A stretch of DNA of 64,000 nucleotides from Octopus sinensis (lineage: Eukaryota). The DNA is taken from positions 69,192,001 to 69,256,000 of the forward strand of contig NC_043006.1 of assembly GCF_006345805.1 (NCBI RefSeq), read 5' to 3'. The first letter of the stretch is position 1. Each line of letters starts with the position of its first letter. The position numbers and the translations under genes were made by a program. Of the stretch, positions 36,876 through 49,570 are shown piece by piece. The notes under the pieces were generated by a model that saw only the letters and a program-made list of their open reading frames with translations, made no database searches and had not been told where the DNA came from.

Positions 36876-37268
36876 AGAAAGGGTCTCCTACGCTGATGAG
36901 AAAAGAAGTTGGGTAAGACATAATTATCTAATTCTTATGCTTTCCTAAAACTTAATTTCGAAACGTACGCCCGTAGGTGACTTAAAATTGTATGATAGAT
37001 TGCCGTCATTTCTTTCTCTCTTGCCTGTCTGTGTTTGCCTTTCAAGTGCTGTGGTTTTACTGAGATCTCCCTTTTAGTAGAAAGAATAGCTATAACTCTT
37101 TGACTGCTATTTCTAAATTCGGTGTGTGGTGAGGCAAATCGTTGCTAAACCCTTAATACTTAGTATTACTTAAACTTTCCTCGAATGAGGCTTTACAGGC
37201 GAAATCTACTTGGTGAAATTAATGATTATTCCAAATTAATTAATTTCACCCTATTTATTACTGATAAA

Positions 37269-37275
<7 letters not shown>
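36876..37275 (+). repeat. Probable PLE terminal-repeat relic
   Basis: Carries an HHR motif, ends in (TA)n, and abuts the 5' break of the RTE. Confidence 0.5.
36887..36977 (+). ncRNA. Type I hammerhead motif with long stem II, C at 16.1
   Basis: CCUACG-CUGAUGA-GAAA...(60 nt imperfect stem-loop)...UUUC-GAA-ACGUACGC-C-CGUAGG. Confidence 0.6.
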
Positions 37276-37279
<4 letters not shown>

Positions 37280-37309
<30 letters not shown>

Positions 37310-38750
37310 TATATTATACTATATATATATTCTATATATATATATATATATATATATGTCTGTGTATATGTATGTATATATATATATGTCTGTGTATATG
37401 TATGTATATATAGATTGTCTGTGTATATGTTTGTCTATATATATATGTCTGTGTATGTGTATGTATATATATATATATATGTCTGTGTATGTGTTTGTAT
37501 GTATGTGTGTGTATGTGTTTGCATGTATGTGTGTATGTATGTGTGTATGAATGTGTATGTGTATATGTATGTATATATATATATGTATATGTGTATATGT
37601 ATGTATATAGATATATATATGTTTATATGTATGTATATATATATATATCTATGTGTATATGTATGTATATATATATATGTATGTGTATATGTATGTATAT
37701 ATATATATATATGTATGTGTATATGTATGTATATATATATATATATATGTCTATATGTATGTATATATATATATGTATGTGTATATGTATGTATATATAT
37801 ATATATGTATGTGTATATGTATGTATATATATATGTATGTGTATATGTATGTATATATATATATATATGTGTATATGTATGTATATATATATATATATAT
37901 GTATGTGTACATGTATGTATATATATGTATGTTTATATGTATGTATGTATATATATGTGTATATGTATGTATGGATATATATGTGTATATGTATGTATAT
38001 ATATGCGTATGTATATATGTGTAAATGTATGTATATATATTTCTATATGTATGTGTATATGTATGTATATATATATGTCTGTGTAAATGTATGTATATAT
38101 ATGTATATGTATATGTATGTGTGAATGTGTGTGTGTGTGTATGTGTATGTGTCTGTGTGTATGTGTCTGTGTGTCTATGTGTATATGTATGTGTATGTGT
38201 ATATGTATGTGTATATGTATGTGTATATGTATGTTTATATGTATGTATATGTATATATGTATGTATATGTGCATACGTATGTGCATATGTATGTGTGTAT
38301 GTGTATATGTATGTGTATGTATATGTGTGTATATGTATATATATATTTTTGTGTATATGTATATATATATATGTATGTATATATATATATGTGTATGTAT
38401 ATATATGTTTGTATATGTATGTGTATGTATGTATATGTATGTATGTATATGTATGTGTATGTATATATATATATATGTATATATATATGTGTGTATGTAT
38501 ATATGTATGTGTATATGTATGTATGTAGATATGTATGTGTATATGTATGTATATATATATGTGTGTGTCAGTGTTTGTATATACGTGTGTGTATATATAT
38601 GTGTGTGTATGTATGTGTGTGTGGATGTATGTGTGTGTTTATATGTGTGTGTGTGTGTATGTATATGTGCGTGTGTGTGTATAATATGTGTGTGTGTGTG
38701 TATATGTGTGTACATATATGTGTCTGTGTGTGTGTGTATGTATATATGTG

Positions 38751-38797
<47 letters not shown>

Positions 38798-38900
38798 GTA
38801 TGTATGTGTTTGTTGTTTGTATACATACATACATATATATATACATACGTATATATATACATATATATATATATATATGTATATATACGTATGTATGTGT
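37280..38900. repeat. ~1.6 kb compound (TA/TG/TATG)n microsatellite
   Basis: Directly visible; source of the long CVYM-type ORFs. Confidence 0.95.
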
Positions 38901-41082
38901 TTGTTGTTCGTGTCTATTTTTCTCACTCCACCATCGCTTGACAACCGATGTTGGTGTCTTTACGTTTCCGTCACTTAGCAAAAGAATAAAAGAATATTTA
39001 CATGAAGACAACGGTATAACAACAATCATACTGAAGAATACTTCCGTACTAAATGGTATTATTTTCCTTGTGGAATTTAACACTTATTCCAAATGAAAGG
39101 AAGAGAAAATTTCAATTATCACGAATTCCCCGAAAGAAAAGGAAACTTTGATTGAGATCAAGCGGACAACTGTATCTGCGTGGCTTGCTTCAATAAACGT
39201 CATCAGCACACCACTTGGTGCATCTTATTACTTGCAGATCGCCTACTTAGATACAAAGTAAAAGAAAACATTTATGGTTGTGGGTAAATTGCATGTGTGT
39301 GTGTGTGTGTGTGTTACGTTAGTCGTAACAAATGGAGAGAAGAGTCTTCAAATCCAGAGAGTAAAAATCATTCAGTAAATTATAGTCAGGTTCTCATCAA
39401 TTGCACATTAGGTTTTCTGCACGTAGAATCGGTCTAGAGACACTCTTTCAGTCAGCTTGTGGCATTATTAAGTTGCAATTTATAGAACGAAGTACTGAAT
39501 ATTCTTAGGTGGAGTGGAAAACATTAATTCAATGCTGATCCTACGCAAGTCACAACTCGAAGTTTCTCGTTCCCAATCTGCGGGCGAATTAGGGCTGCAT
39601 AAAAAAAAAAAACTTCTTTCAGATGGAAATATTTTGGTGGTAGGAAGGCTGTATCTTTTGATGGTGTGAATGAGTTTTCAGTTTTGTTTCCTACTGTTAG
39701 TGTTTAGTTGTGTTGAGATCTAACATATCAGGGAAGAAGTTGACTGTCCCATTATTAGTTACAGTGATAATAAGCGCTCTTTCTTTAAAGATACTAAATA
39801 AGTTTTTTCGCTATATTTATGCCCGTTTATTTTACTAGAAATAACTAAAACGTTATCGCTATGCATGCTTAAATCTCCTTCTAAGATCCGCTTGTAGAAA
39901 TAATCTAAGGGCATAGTGAGGAGAAGATTGTAATTTGCATCTAGTTTTATAATTAATTTTATTAAATCTGCTTGTCTATTTGATGTCGTTCAACAAAAAA
40001 ATGTGTATAGGCAATACACACGCAAGAACAATTAAAGAAACATCGAAAGTATTAGGAATAAAATTTGCCTAGAAGTACAGTTTTCGTTGTAAGTAGGAAA
40101 CAAGAGGAACTGAACACCACATATTTGTTGTGCACAGTGCAATGCTGTCTTAGCAGTTCGACTGAAAAATAAAAGAAATAATGTCATTCGCAATTGCCGT
40201 GTTTAATGTGAGGTTACAAATTAAATGGGTGACTTCACCAACAAAAATACATCAAACGTTGATACCTTTTACCTTTTAGCTGTTTCAATCTTCTGACTGC
40301 GGCCATGCTGGGGTTTAGAATTTTTCATGGATACATAGAGCTAAAACCTATTGTGAACTGACAGGTAATATGATAAAATATTATGAAAGAAAACGATGGT
40401 GGATGTTCCTTAAATTTTATTTTTTATATTCTTCACTTCTTCCTTACCAAACTTGGGGCTATAATTGAAGAGCATGGTACACATTTCCACTAGCAGATCT
40501 CTGTTGTGGAAAGCAGATATGGGAACTTCAATCGAAATATAATGCTTGATTCAAACAGAACGAGAGCTCTTTCAATGATTAGGTGTCCAGAATGCCAGTT
40601 CGCTGGCGAAATATTACTGTGTGTCTGAAGAGCAACCCTCTTAATATTATTTAAATCAAACCAACATAAAGCATGGCACAGGCAAGTAACTTAGTCTGTT
40701 GAAGCTATAAATCCGAGAAACGAAGAAAAAAGCGTGTATCTTGGTTACACAAAATCTGGACACGATAAGGAAATCTAATTCACAGATCTGAATTCAACAT
40801 CACGGATTTAGTAGGGAATGGTAATTCTTATGTCTGTAACAGAGAAAAGTTGAGGTTTTCTTACAAATGTAATCAATAGCATTATGTTAATTTAACATAT
40901 ACGTCTTTTATCCATATGTTACTTTGAATAAATGGCCATTCCCTTAATTGAACGATTAGCTACGGAAACTGTTTCATATAAAGTCCTGTTTCAGTGTTAA
41001 AAAACGATAGCTGCAGGTTTCAACTGATCAAGAGATCATATAAGATCATTCCATAAGTGATTATATCTCTCTGCACACAGTA

Positions 41083-41113
<31 letters not shown>

Positions 41114-41115
<2 letters not shown>

Positions 41116-41500
41116 GGGGTCGGTGAGCTGGCAGAAACGTTAGCACGCCGGGCGAAATGCTGAACGGTATTTCGTCTGCGATTATGTTCTGAGTTCAAAT
41201 TCCTTTCGGGGTCGATTAAATAAGTACCAGTTACGCACTGGGGTCGATATAATCGACTTAATCCGTTTGCCTGTCCTTTTTTGTCCTTTCTGTGTTTAGC
41301 CCCTTGTGGGTAGTAAAGAAATAGTTATTTCGTCTGCCGCTACGTTCTCAGTTCAAATTCCACTGAGGTCGACTTTGCCTTTCATCCTTTCGGGATCGAT
41401 TAAGTACCAGTTACTATGTAATCGACTTAATCCGTTTGCCTGTCCTTGTTTGTCCCCTCTGTGTGTAGCCCCTTGTGAGCAGTAAAGAAATATGTATTTC
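41114..41500 (+). mobile_element. SINE family B, multimeric
   Basis: Collinear with 14471-15087. Confidence 0.85.
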
Positions 41501-41642
41501 GTCTGTGTGAATTGGAAGTGTTGGTATTGTTGCCGAAGTGCGTCTGTATAGTAAGTGTAGTTTCTGTTGACTGTTTCCGTGTTGTTGCCTGTTGTATTTG
41601 TGTGTTTTCCCCTGTAGGGGGAAACACTAAATTGCTGGCAAG

Positions 41643-42765
41643 ATGCCTAAAAGTTTGTATTCATTTGACGAGGATTCGACAGATTTGGAGGTCAGAAAGG
41701 TGGAAAGAGTTTTGTTGGAAGATGTTTTGGATTCGTCTGAGAGCGAATTCCCACCACTGTCGAGGACTGACATTGCAGGGAAGAGTGTCGAAGTGAAAAG
41801 ATTTCAAATGGAGAAGGGTAAACAAAAAAGAAGTTTTGCGTCTGCAGATGGAGACAGAACTTGCCATCTGTCGACGAAGAAAAGTGACATTTTAACGTAC
41901 ATGATAATAATTCAAGACGGCGTTGTCAAGGATCAACCCCCAGAAGAGCTTTTATTGACAGAGAAGAAAAAAACAATTATGTTTAAAACATACTGCCGAA
42001 AATAAAAGAAAAATCGAACTAGTAAGCGAGGAGAAGGTAGAAAAATGTCTAAAGCCCATCTGGCAGGATATAACATATCTAGCCAGAGGGAAAAGGTTCG
42101 GTACCAAAGAGGTACACCTAAAAAACATTGAAACTGCACATTGCACTCGTAAAATCCTTTGAAACAGAAGACGTGATTTTAATACCAATATACATGGGTA
42201 TGAGGACATCCAAAATACGAATACCAAACGTCCTACCTCAAGTCGTCCCTATGTGGTTGATGGCGGCAGTCCTGGCAGAAAGAGCAGATGAGGTAACAAT
42301 ACTTCAAGCTACCGTTTCAGAAAAGGCAAATTTGACCGGTCACACGGTCCACCTGTTAATTCAAACAGAACAGGTTATATTAGAGCAGCTTCCAGAAAAA
42401 AATAGAAGTTGGGGAGGAGTTCCTCAACGTTTTTGTCGAAGAGCGTAAACCCCGTTGTTTTCAGTGTGGCCAGCTGGGCCATATAAAAAAATACTGTAAG
42501 GAAGGCGAGGAGGAATCTGAAGATGAGGAGGAAGAGAAAGAAAAACAAACAGAAAAAAGAAAGTTATTAACAAAAGAAAAATGGAAAATGAAAACCAATC
42601 AAAACAAGTAGAACCACAACCAAAAAAAAAAACAACAACATAAAGAGTCCAACCAAAAATAACAAGGAAAGAAGTAGCGGACAGAGAGATTGTGGCACTT
42701 CATAACAAAAATGATGATTTAATGAGAGAGATAAAAACACCGGACACCCTAGATTAACAGGTAAG
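41643..42765 (+). pseudogene. ORF1 (gag-like, zinc knuckle), frameshifted
   Basis: CFQCGQLGHIKKYC (CX2CX4HX4C) at 42456-42497 followed by an acidic/basic tail. Confidence 0.75.
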
Positions 42766-42767
42766 TT

Positions 42768-43925
42768 ATGTCTATTCACATTGGTTGTGTAAATGTTCGT
42801 GGCCCGATGTCTAGCGGGAAGCAAGAACGCTTCCTAAATGACATCAGGTCAAGAAAATTGGATGTGATTGCTGCAACGGAAACCCGGGTAAAGGGGCCAA
42901 GAGATCTGCACCCCCTCCTGGACGACTATGAGAAATACGTTTCTCCGTGTCGGGCGGGAGTTGGGGGTGGGTGTTGGTCATACTAAAAAGAAACCGGGTA
43001 GCCGAGAAAAAGTTGTTTTTTTTCTGACCCAGAAGGCAGGTTGGTCGTTCTTGACCTGACATTCAGTTGCAGCAAGATAATCAGGCTAGTTGCTATTCAT
43101 GCATCCAACATTATGGGCCCGTAAAGTGAATATTTTCGTGTCCTGGGCAAGTTTCTTGCCACGTCGCATTCGCTAGTATTGTTAGGAGACAATATGTGAC
43201 GCATATACAGATTGTGTTGGCTCGAATATGAACAGAAAATGTAACCCAGGCTTACGGGATCTGCTAAGTCACTTTCAGCTAGCAGATCCATATAGGTTGG
43301 AACACCCGAACACTCCACAGTGGACGTGGTCAAATAGTGATGGGTCTTCCAGAACATATCTAGATAGGGTTTTAATTAGAGAAACAGATAAGTCCATAGC
43401 CGAGTGTCCACAGCTTTTTCTAGTCAGCTACAGTGACTACAAGATGGTTACCTGTAAACTGACAGTAGATAAGTTGCAGTTAGGGATCTAGCTACTGGAA
43501 ACTCAATACGTCCCTTTTGGCGATTGAGGAGTACAGAAAGCGGATCGAGATGTTAATACAAAGGGCATTAACAGGTACCACCATTAATAACAAATGGTGG
43601 TACGCCCTAAAAAGAGTCATCAAATATGAGTCTATTAGGTTTAGCATAAGTTTAGCTAAGAAGAGACGTAGAATAGGAGATGGTCTAGTTAAGGAACTAG
43701 AAGCCTGGAGAACTATTAATGCAGATCAAGCGAGGGTGAAAAGACTGGAGCTAAACTAGCATCTTGAAGCCCAACACATGGGAAGTATTGCCAGAGCTAA
43801 GTTACGTGCGAAGGGAAGTGAAGGAATCAAGGCCGCTGGATGGGCCCGAGTGGTGGAAGCTCGGCAAGGAAATAGTTCCACTATTCGGTCTTTGACGAAT
43901 CAAAATGGTGTCTTGCTAAACGAAT
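42768..43925 (+). pseudogene. ORF2 APE endonuclease and linker, frameshifted and 3'-truncated
   Basis: IGCVNVRG, DVIAATETR, DPEGRLVVLD, LLGD, WTWSN..SRTYLDRVL, SDYKMV, YWKLNTSLL. Confidence 0.85.
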
Positions 43926-44126
43926 TCGAGCCACACCTGCACCTGTGTGTGTGCGTGGGTGTATCGGTATGGGTGTATTTATGTATGCATGTATATATGT
44001 GTATATATATATGTGTACATATTACATGTACATCCATATATACATCTAAACATACATGTTTACATATACATGTATATCTATAGAAATACATCTATACATA
44101 TACAGCTACACATATACATTTGTGTG

Positions 44127-44166
<40 letters not shown>

Positions 44167-44232
44167 TACTTGTCGCCATGATAGATCGTTAGCCACTACA
44201 CACATTTTTTCTCTCCTTGTTTTTTCTGTGTC

Positions 44233-44270
44233 CCTTTCTGTAGAAGAGCGTAGGTTCGAAACGTAAAAGG
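44233..44270 (+). ncRNA. Minimal hammerhead-like motif, U6 variant
   Basis: CCUUU-CUGUAGA-A-GAGC(GUAG)GUUC-GAA-ACGU-A-AAAGG. Confidence 0.55.
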
Positions 44271-44641
44271 CTTTTTCTATTCCTGAGCGTTGTACATCTG
44301 TTTGTTTTGTACACCACCTGTCTTCGTCTTCTGTTTTTCGTAAACTCTCCCTATAAGATATGATATTGCTATGGGCTCGCCCTAGGCAAGAAGTTGAACA
44401 TTTTTTTTGCCCATGAAACTACATGGACCCTAAGTAAGGCATGTGTTAAATTTCAATGAAATTGGTTGTGTAGTTCTCAAGTTTTAGGGAAACACACAGA
44501 CAGACAGACAGACACACATTCTCAGTTTTATATATATAGAGATATATATGAATATTAATGTTTATATGCCAACATAACGTGGCAGACCTGTATAGGACGA
44601 TGTTACTGTTGTTTTAGCACCAGGAAAACACACACACACGG

Positions 44642-44674
<33 letters not shown>

Positions 44675-44760
44675 GTAGGCCAGTGTCTTTTACTATAACT
44701 TCGGGCTGACCAAAGCCTCGTGAGTGGATTTGATGGACGAACTCTGAAAGAAGCCCGTCG

Positions 44761-44797
<37 letters not shown>

Positions 44798-44862
44798 ACT
44801 TGTCGCCATGATAGATCGTTAGCCACTACACACATTTTTTCTCTCCTTGTTTTTTCTGTGTC

Positions 44863-44900
44863 CCTTTCTGTAGAAGAGCGTAGGTTCGAAACGTAAAAGG
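44863..44900 (+). ncRNA. Minimal hammerhead-like motif, U6 variant (duplicate)
   Basis: Identical to 44233-44270. Confidence 0.55.
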
Positions 44901-45272
44901 CTTTTTGTATTCCTGAGCGTTGTACATCTGTTTGTTTTGTACACCACCTGTCTTCGTCTTCTATTTTTTCGTAAACTCTCCCTATAAGATATGATATTGC
45001 TATGGGCTCGCCCTAGGCAAGAAGTTGAACATTTTTTTTGCCCATGAAACTACATGGACCCTAAGTAAGGCATGTGTTAAATTTCAATGAAATTGGTTGT
45101 GTAGTTCTCAAGTTTTAGGGAAACACACACACAGACAGACAGACACACATTCTCAGTTTTATATATATAGAGATATATATGAATAGTAATGTTTATACGC
45201 CAACATAACGTGGCAGACCTGTATAGGACGATGTTACTGTTGTTTTAGCACCAGGAAAACACACACACACGG

Positions 45273-45305
<33 letters not shown>

Positions 45306-45390
45306 GTAGGCCAGTGTCTTTTACTATAACTTCGGGCTGACCAAAGCCTCGTGAGTGGATTTGATGGACGAACTCTGAAAGAAGCCCGTC

Positions 45391-45423
<33 letters not shown>

Positions 45424-45475
45424 CAAATAAAAATTGAAAATCAGGAAAAAGCTACATAGTAAATATATAGAAGTT

Positions 45476-45512
45476 GAAATGACGTTTCGGAAATGGCCCT
45501 TCGTCGGAAATT
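45476..45512 (-). ncRNA. Degenerate minimal hammerhead-like motif
   Basis: CCGACGA-A-GGG(CCAUU)UCC-GAA-ACGU-C; stem I mostly unpaired. Confidence 0.35.
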
Positions 45513-45929
45513 GGAAAAAATTCCAGAGAGAAGAAAAAGGAGGAAGGAGCCCATGTGTCGTTACCTGGTCAAAAAAAGTAACTGTCCGGAAGTTGGAGAG
45601 AGAATGTGTTTTTTGAAGGAAGGAGAATGCCAAAAATGCTCATTGTTTGTTTTTTGTTTGTGTGACTGTGTGTGTGTACGTGTGCTTGTGTGTGTATTTG
45701 AGAGAGAGAGTGAGAAAGAGGGAGAGAGAGAAAGAGAAAGAGAGAGAACGTGTCTGAGAGAGAGTGCTGATGTCATTAAAGTTCCGTTTAAACTATTTCG
45801 GATCAACACCTGTAGGAAAGAGATGAACAGGTAAGAGATTCGAGGGAGATGTGAGGAAGAAGGAATGAGCATAGTGGCTAGTGCGGGGGAGGGAGTTGGA
45901 TGAACCCATGGTACCGAGAGGAGGGGAAG

Positions 45930-46300
45930 TAATTAGGTCAGGAGTACCTGAGTAAGGTTAGGTAGATGGAAGGCCAGCCATCTCTGACAAGCAGCAACAA
46001 AAGTATAAATGGCGTAGGAGACAGCATGCGTGTGGGTTAAATATTGGAATACGTCCGTTAGTGATGGAAAACCATCCAACCGAATGTTTCTTCTCTGGAA
46101 GCGGTCCAGAATGTGTAGATGTAGTAAGCGTAGCAACAGTAACGTTCCAGGCGTGGAAGCAGTATTCTGTAGGAAGACTCGAAACCGAGTCGTCAGATTA
46201 CGAAGTTTAAGTCACGGTATAGCAACACCTTGTTTATGTGAGTGGCCGGATTAATGACTAATCAGCAGTCAGCCTTCGCGTGATAGATTGCTACAGATCC
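45930..46300 (-). mobile_element. Decayed CR1/Jockey-like LINE C-terminal fragment
   Basis: PTEYCFHAWN...LHILDRFQRRNIRL resembles the xEYCxxxW...LDRxQxxAxR motif. Confidence 0.55.
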
Positions 46301-47550
46301 TTCTAGAACATCTCACTTCAAGGGTTATACAAAGGCCCATTTTTCACAGCAACCCTCTGTGTGTGCCAACTCACGGTCCAGCTCCACACTCCCTTGCTAT
46401 TTATAATAGTCGTTTTCATGATTTCTACTCAACCTGGATATGTCGTTATAGTTGGCCGATGTTAATCTAATGTATATATTTTCCCCTATATTGGCAAGCT
46501 TAAGTACAGAGCTTTTGTAATCAACTATTCGTGAATGCCACAGAATTATTCTTCCAGTCGTGTTGGCTTGTGGAAACTTTCTAATTCATACCCTACCTGA
46601 AAATCACTTGTGCGTTAAAATAAAAGTTATTATTTACTGTTCGCGTGATGCTATATTATTTTCATGAAGCGTTACCTACAAATCCCCTATGCAACAATTC
46701 CGTTGGAGAGGAAATACTCCTTTGAAAGGGAGCGGGACTCTCTTTATATTTAGAAACACAATGCCTCAATATAGAGTAAGATATAAGTGTAGCAAGACTT
46801 GAAACCGAGTCGTCAAATTGTAAAATTGGAATCACAGCTTGTTCATGTGAGCGGCTGAGTTATGGACCTAACAGCAGTCAGACATCACGTGACAAATCAT
46901 TCTAGCAGCCCCTAGAATATTTCCTTACATGGGTTATGAATAGACAAGTTTTGAGCACGAATTTCCTAGAATGTCGTAGACGACCAGACGAAATGTCTCC
47001 ACACTTGCTAAGTTTACTTGCGCAGAGACCGGCCAATTCATTCACTGCATTTAAAAGTTGTTCTAGTGGCTGTTTGCTCAATCCAGGAGACAACAGCCAC
47101 AGTTCGCCGTCATGAACCCGGTGTAGTATAATTTTCCGTTTTGGCAGATTATTTACAAAGCCTTCTGAATCAACGATTTGTTGTAGCTACAGAATTATTC
47201 TTTCTAGTGTATAAACTTTTTGGTAGCAATTTCTAATTCAGGACCAACACGAAAATTATTTGTGCAGTGAAATAAAAGTTACTATTAATTGTTTGCGAGG
47301 TGTTGTTACATCATTTACACGCAGCCTCACGTAAACCTCCCTCGCGACAGAAGTGTGTTGATTACTAACAGGAGTTTAGGACCTCAAGATTGGGGAAATG
47401 TAATCGATTAATTCGACCTTGGTTCTAAGTGCGGCTTAAGTCATCGACTTCTGAAGGATGTAAGTCAAAAACAGCCACCATTGAGACTTCAAGTTCCGTA
47501 CGTAGAGACTGTAGAACCTCCCTTAGTTAATGTTGAGCATGCACTTACAC

Positions 47551-47765
47551 CAGGGCCGGATTAAGAGCCATAGAGGCTCTAAGCATTTAAAAAATATGTA
47601 TTTCAAAATATAAACAATAATAAACTATAAACCACTTCGAATATTACTTTAGCAAGTTTAAAGTGATTTTTTTGTGCTGTAGACCATTTACCATTTTTGT
47701 GGTACTCCCCTTCCCTTGATGCCCTAAGCACATGCTTATTTTGCTTAATGGTTAACCCAGCGGTG
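47551..47765. mobile_element. hAT-like MITE
   Basis: Ends CAGGGCCGGATTAA / TTAACCCAGCGGTG (10/14 complementary); 8 bp flanks ACTTACAC and ATCTACAC (6/8). Confidence 0.55.
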
Positions 47766-48783
47766 ATCTACACTTGTAAGCGCATGCCTAGTCCTATCCT
47801 TTTGAAGAAGACTGCCTCATGCATGCAAGCTTATACATAAACCCCATGCTAACGATGTTTATCTCAGAGGAAAGCCGCAAACGTAGGCCGATAATCTTGG
47901 TACGAGACCTTCGCAGGTGTTACTGTCACAGCTCAAATACATCACCCACCCAACCGTTTAACGGTTGCCAATTCATTGTTCTGGCTTAATTTTTTTTATG
48001 CCGACCGCGAAAGAACGAAAAGCAAAGTTAACCCCGTAGAGGTTTGAACTCAGAACGCAAAGGATCGTATCAAACACCGAGAAACATGTTTCGTCAATCC
48101 CTTGCCCTGGTTTTATAGGTTTCTTATCGACTGTAAAAAAGAAATGAGATTTGAACTCGGAACGCAAGAGACTCGGAACAAATATTAGGAAGCAGTCATT
48201 CCCATACGATTATTTCAAATACGCTGCCTACAAAGAGTGGTAACTACTAGGCCATAAAGCTAGAATTCCGAGAAGAGTATTGTTGACTCTGGTCCTACTC
48301 TTCCTGTCACTCCCAAACTGTTCAAATTATTACTATTAACAAAACAAAAACAGGAAATTAAAATTTTCTATTTGCAAGTTTATAAAATTTATTAATCCTC
48401 TAAAAGTAGGATATTGATGTTGTGAGTTCGAATCCAGCCGGCGGTGTTTTAACTCTTCTATCTTTGCACGACTTGTCACCAGTGTTGTGGTGAATTCCTT
48501 TGCCCTTCATTTTATGTCATCACTGTTGTAGCGAATTCCTTTGCCCTTCATATGCCCTTCATTTTACCGATAAAAACGTTATAGGTTGTAATACAGAAAT
48601 AGAAATAATAATAAACATTATCGTGGTTTCTGGTTGGAACCCCCAGGTTTCCTGCACTGAAAGAGCCTGGTTAAGAATCCATACGGTGACGTACATCTTG
48701 CAACTATGTTATGACACCAACCAGCATGTCACAGAGGGTGTTTAAAGACTCAAGGGTTCATAAAACTGATCTGATCATTGTAA

Positions 48784-49108
48784 CTGACATTCTGCCGGTT
48801 ACGACAACGAGTGTTCCAGTTGAATCGATCAAAGGAACAGCCCGCTCGTGAAATTCACGTGCAATTGGTTGAGCACTTCACTGGCACGCGTACCTTTAAC
48901 GTAGTTCTCGGAGAGATTCAGCGGGACTCAGAATGTGACGAGGATGACCCTTTGAAATACAGGTACTACTTATTTTTTCCGGCTGAATGGACTGGAGCAA
49001 CGTGAAATAAAGTGTCTTGCTCAAGGACACAACATGCTGCCAAAAATCGAACTCACGACCTTATGATTGTGAGCCGAATACCCCTAACCACTAAGTTATG
49101 CGCCTTCA
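48784..49108 (-). mobile_element. SINE family C with 13 bp TSD
   Basis: CTGATCATTGTAA at 48771-48783 and 49109-49121. Confidence 0.85.
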
Positions 49109-49239
49109 CTGATCATTGTAAACCAATTTGAATGAAGAAAATATAAAATAGATTGTATGCTTACCTAAATTAATGGTATTATATTTATTTTATGTTTAAT
49201 TGTATTCTCATTTTATGCTCATCTAAGCGGACTAAGTGA

Positions 49240-49570
49240 GGCGCATTGTTCACTGGTTAGAGCACCAAGCTTACGATCATGAGGTTGTATGTTCGAATCT
49301 TGGACCGGGCTACGTGTTGTGTTCTTGAGCAAACACTTTATTTCACGTTGCTCCAGTTCACTCAGCTGTAGAAATGAGTTGCGACGTCACAGGTGCCAAG
49401 CTGTATCAGTCTTTGCCTTTCCCTTGGATAAACATCGGTGGCTTGTTGAGGGAAGGCTGGTATGCATGGGTGACTGCTGGTCTTCCATAAACAACCTTGC
49501 CCGGACTTGTGCCTGAGAGGGTAACTTTCTAGGTGCAATCTCATGGTCAGTCATGACCGAAGGGAGTCTC
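49240..49570 (+). mobile_element. SINE family C (different 3' tail)
   Basis: tRNA head with B-box GTTCGAATC; central TTGTGTTCTTGAGCAAACACTTTATTTCACGTTGCTCCAG. Confidence 0.8.

Larger units (their letters stand above)
41505..43930 (+). mobile_element. L1/Tx1-like non-LTR retrotransposon, 5' half only
   Basis: ORF1 with a CCHC knuckle followed by ORF2 with an APE endonuclease; stops before the RT domain. Confidence 0.85.
44166..45391. repeat. Recent 630 bp-period tandem duplication
   Basis: 44166-44760 and 44796-45391 are near-identical; each contains an HHR-like repeat, a Helitron-like 3' end and a SINE A fragment. Confidence 0.95.

Noticed and set aside
39300-40500. Faint Tc1/mariner-like peptides (YFGG..., LGAIIEEHGTHFH*)
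   Set aside because: Too fragmentary; no TIRs and no DDE/D motif recoverable by eye.
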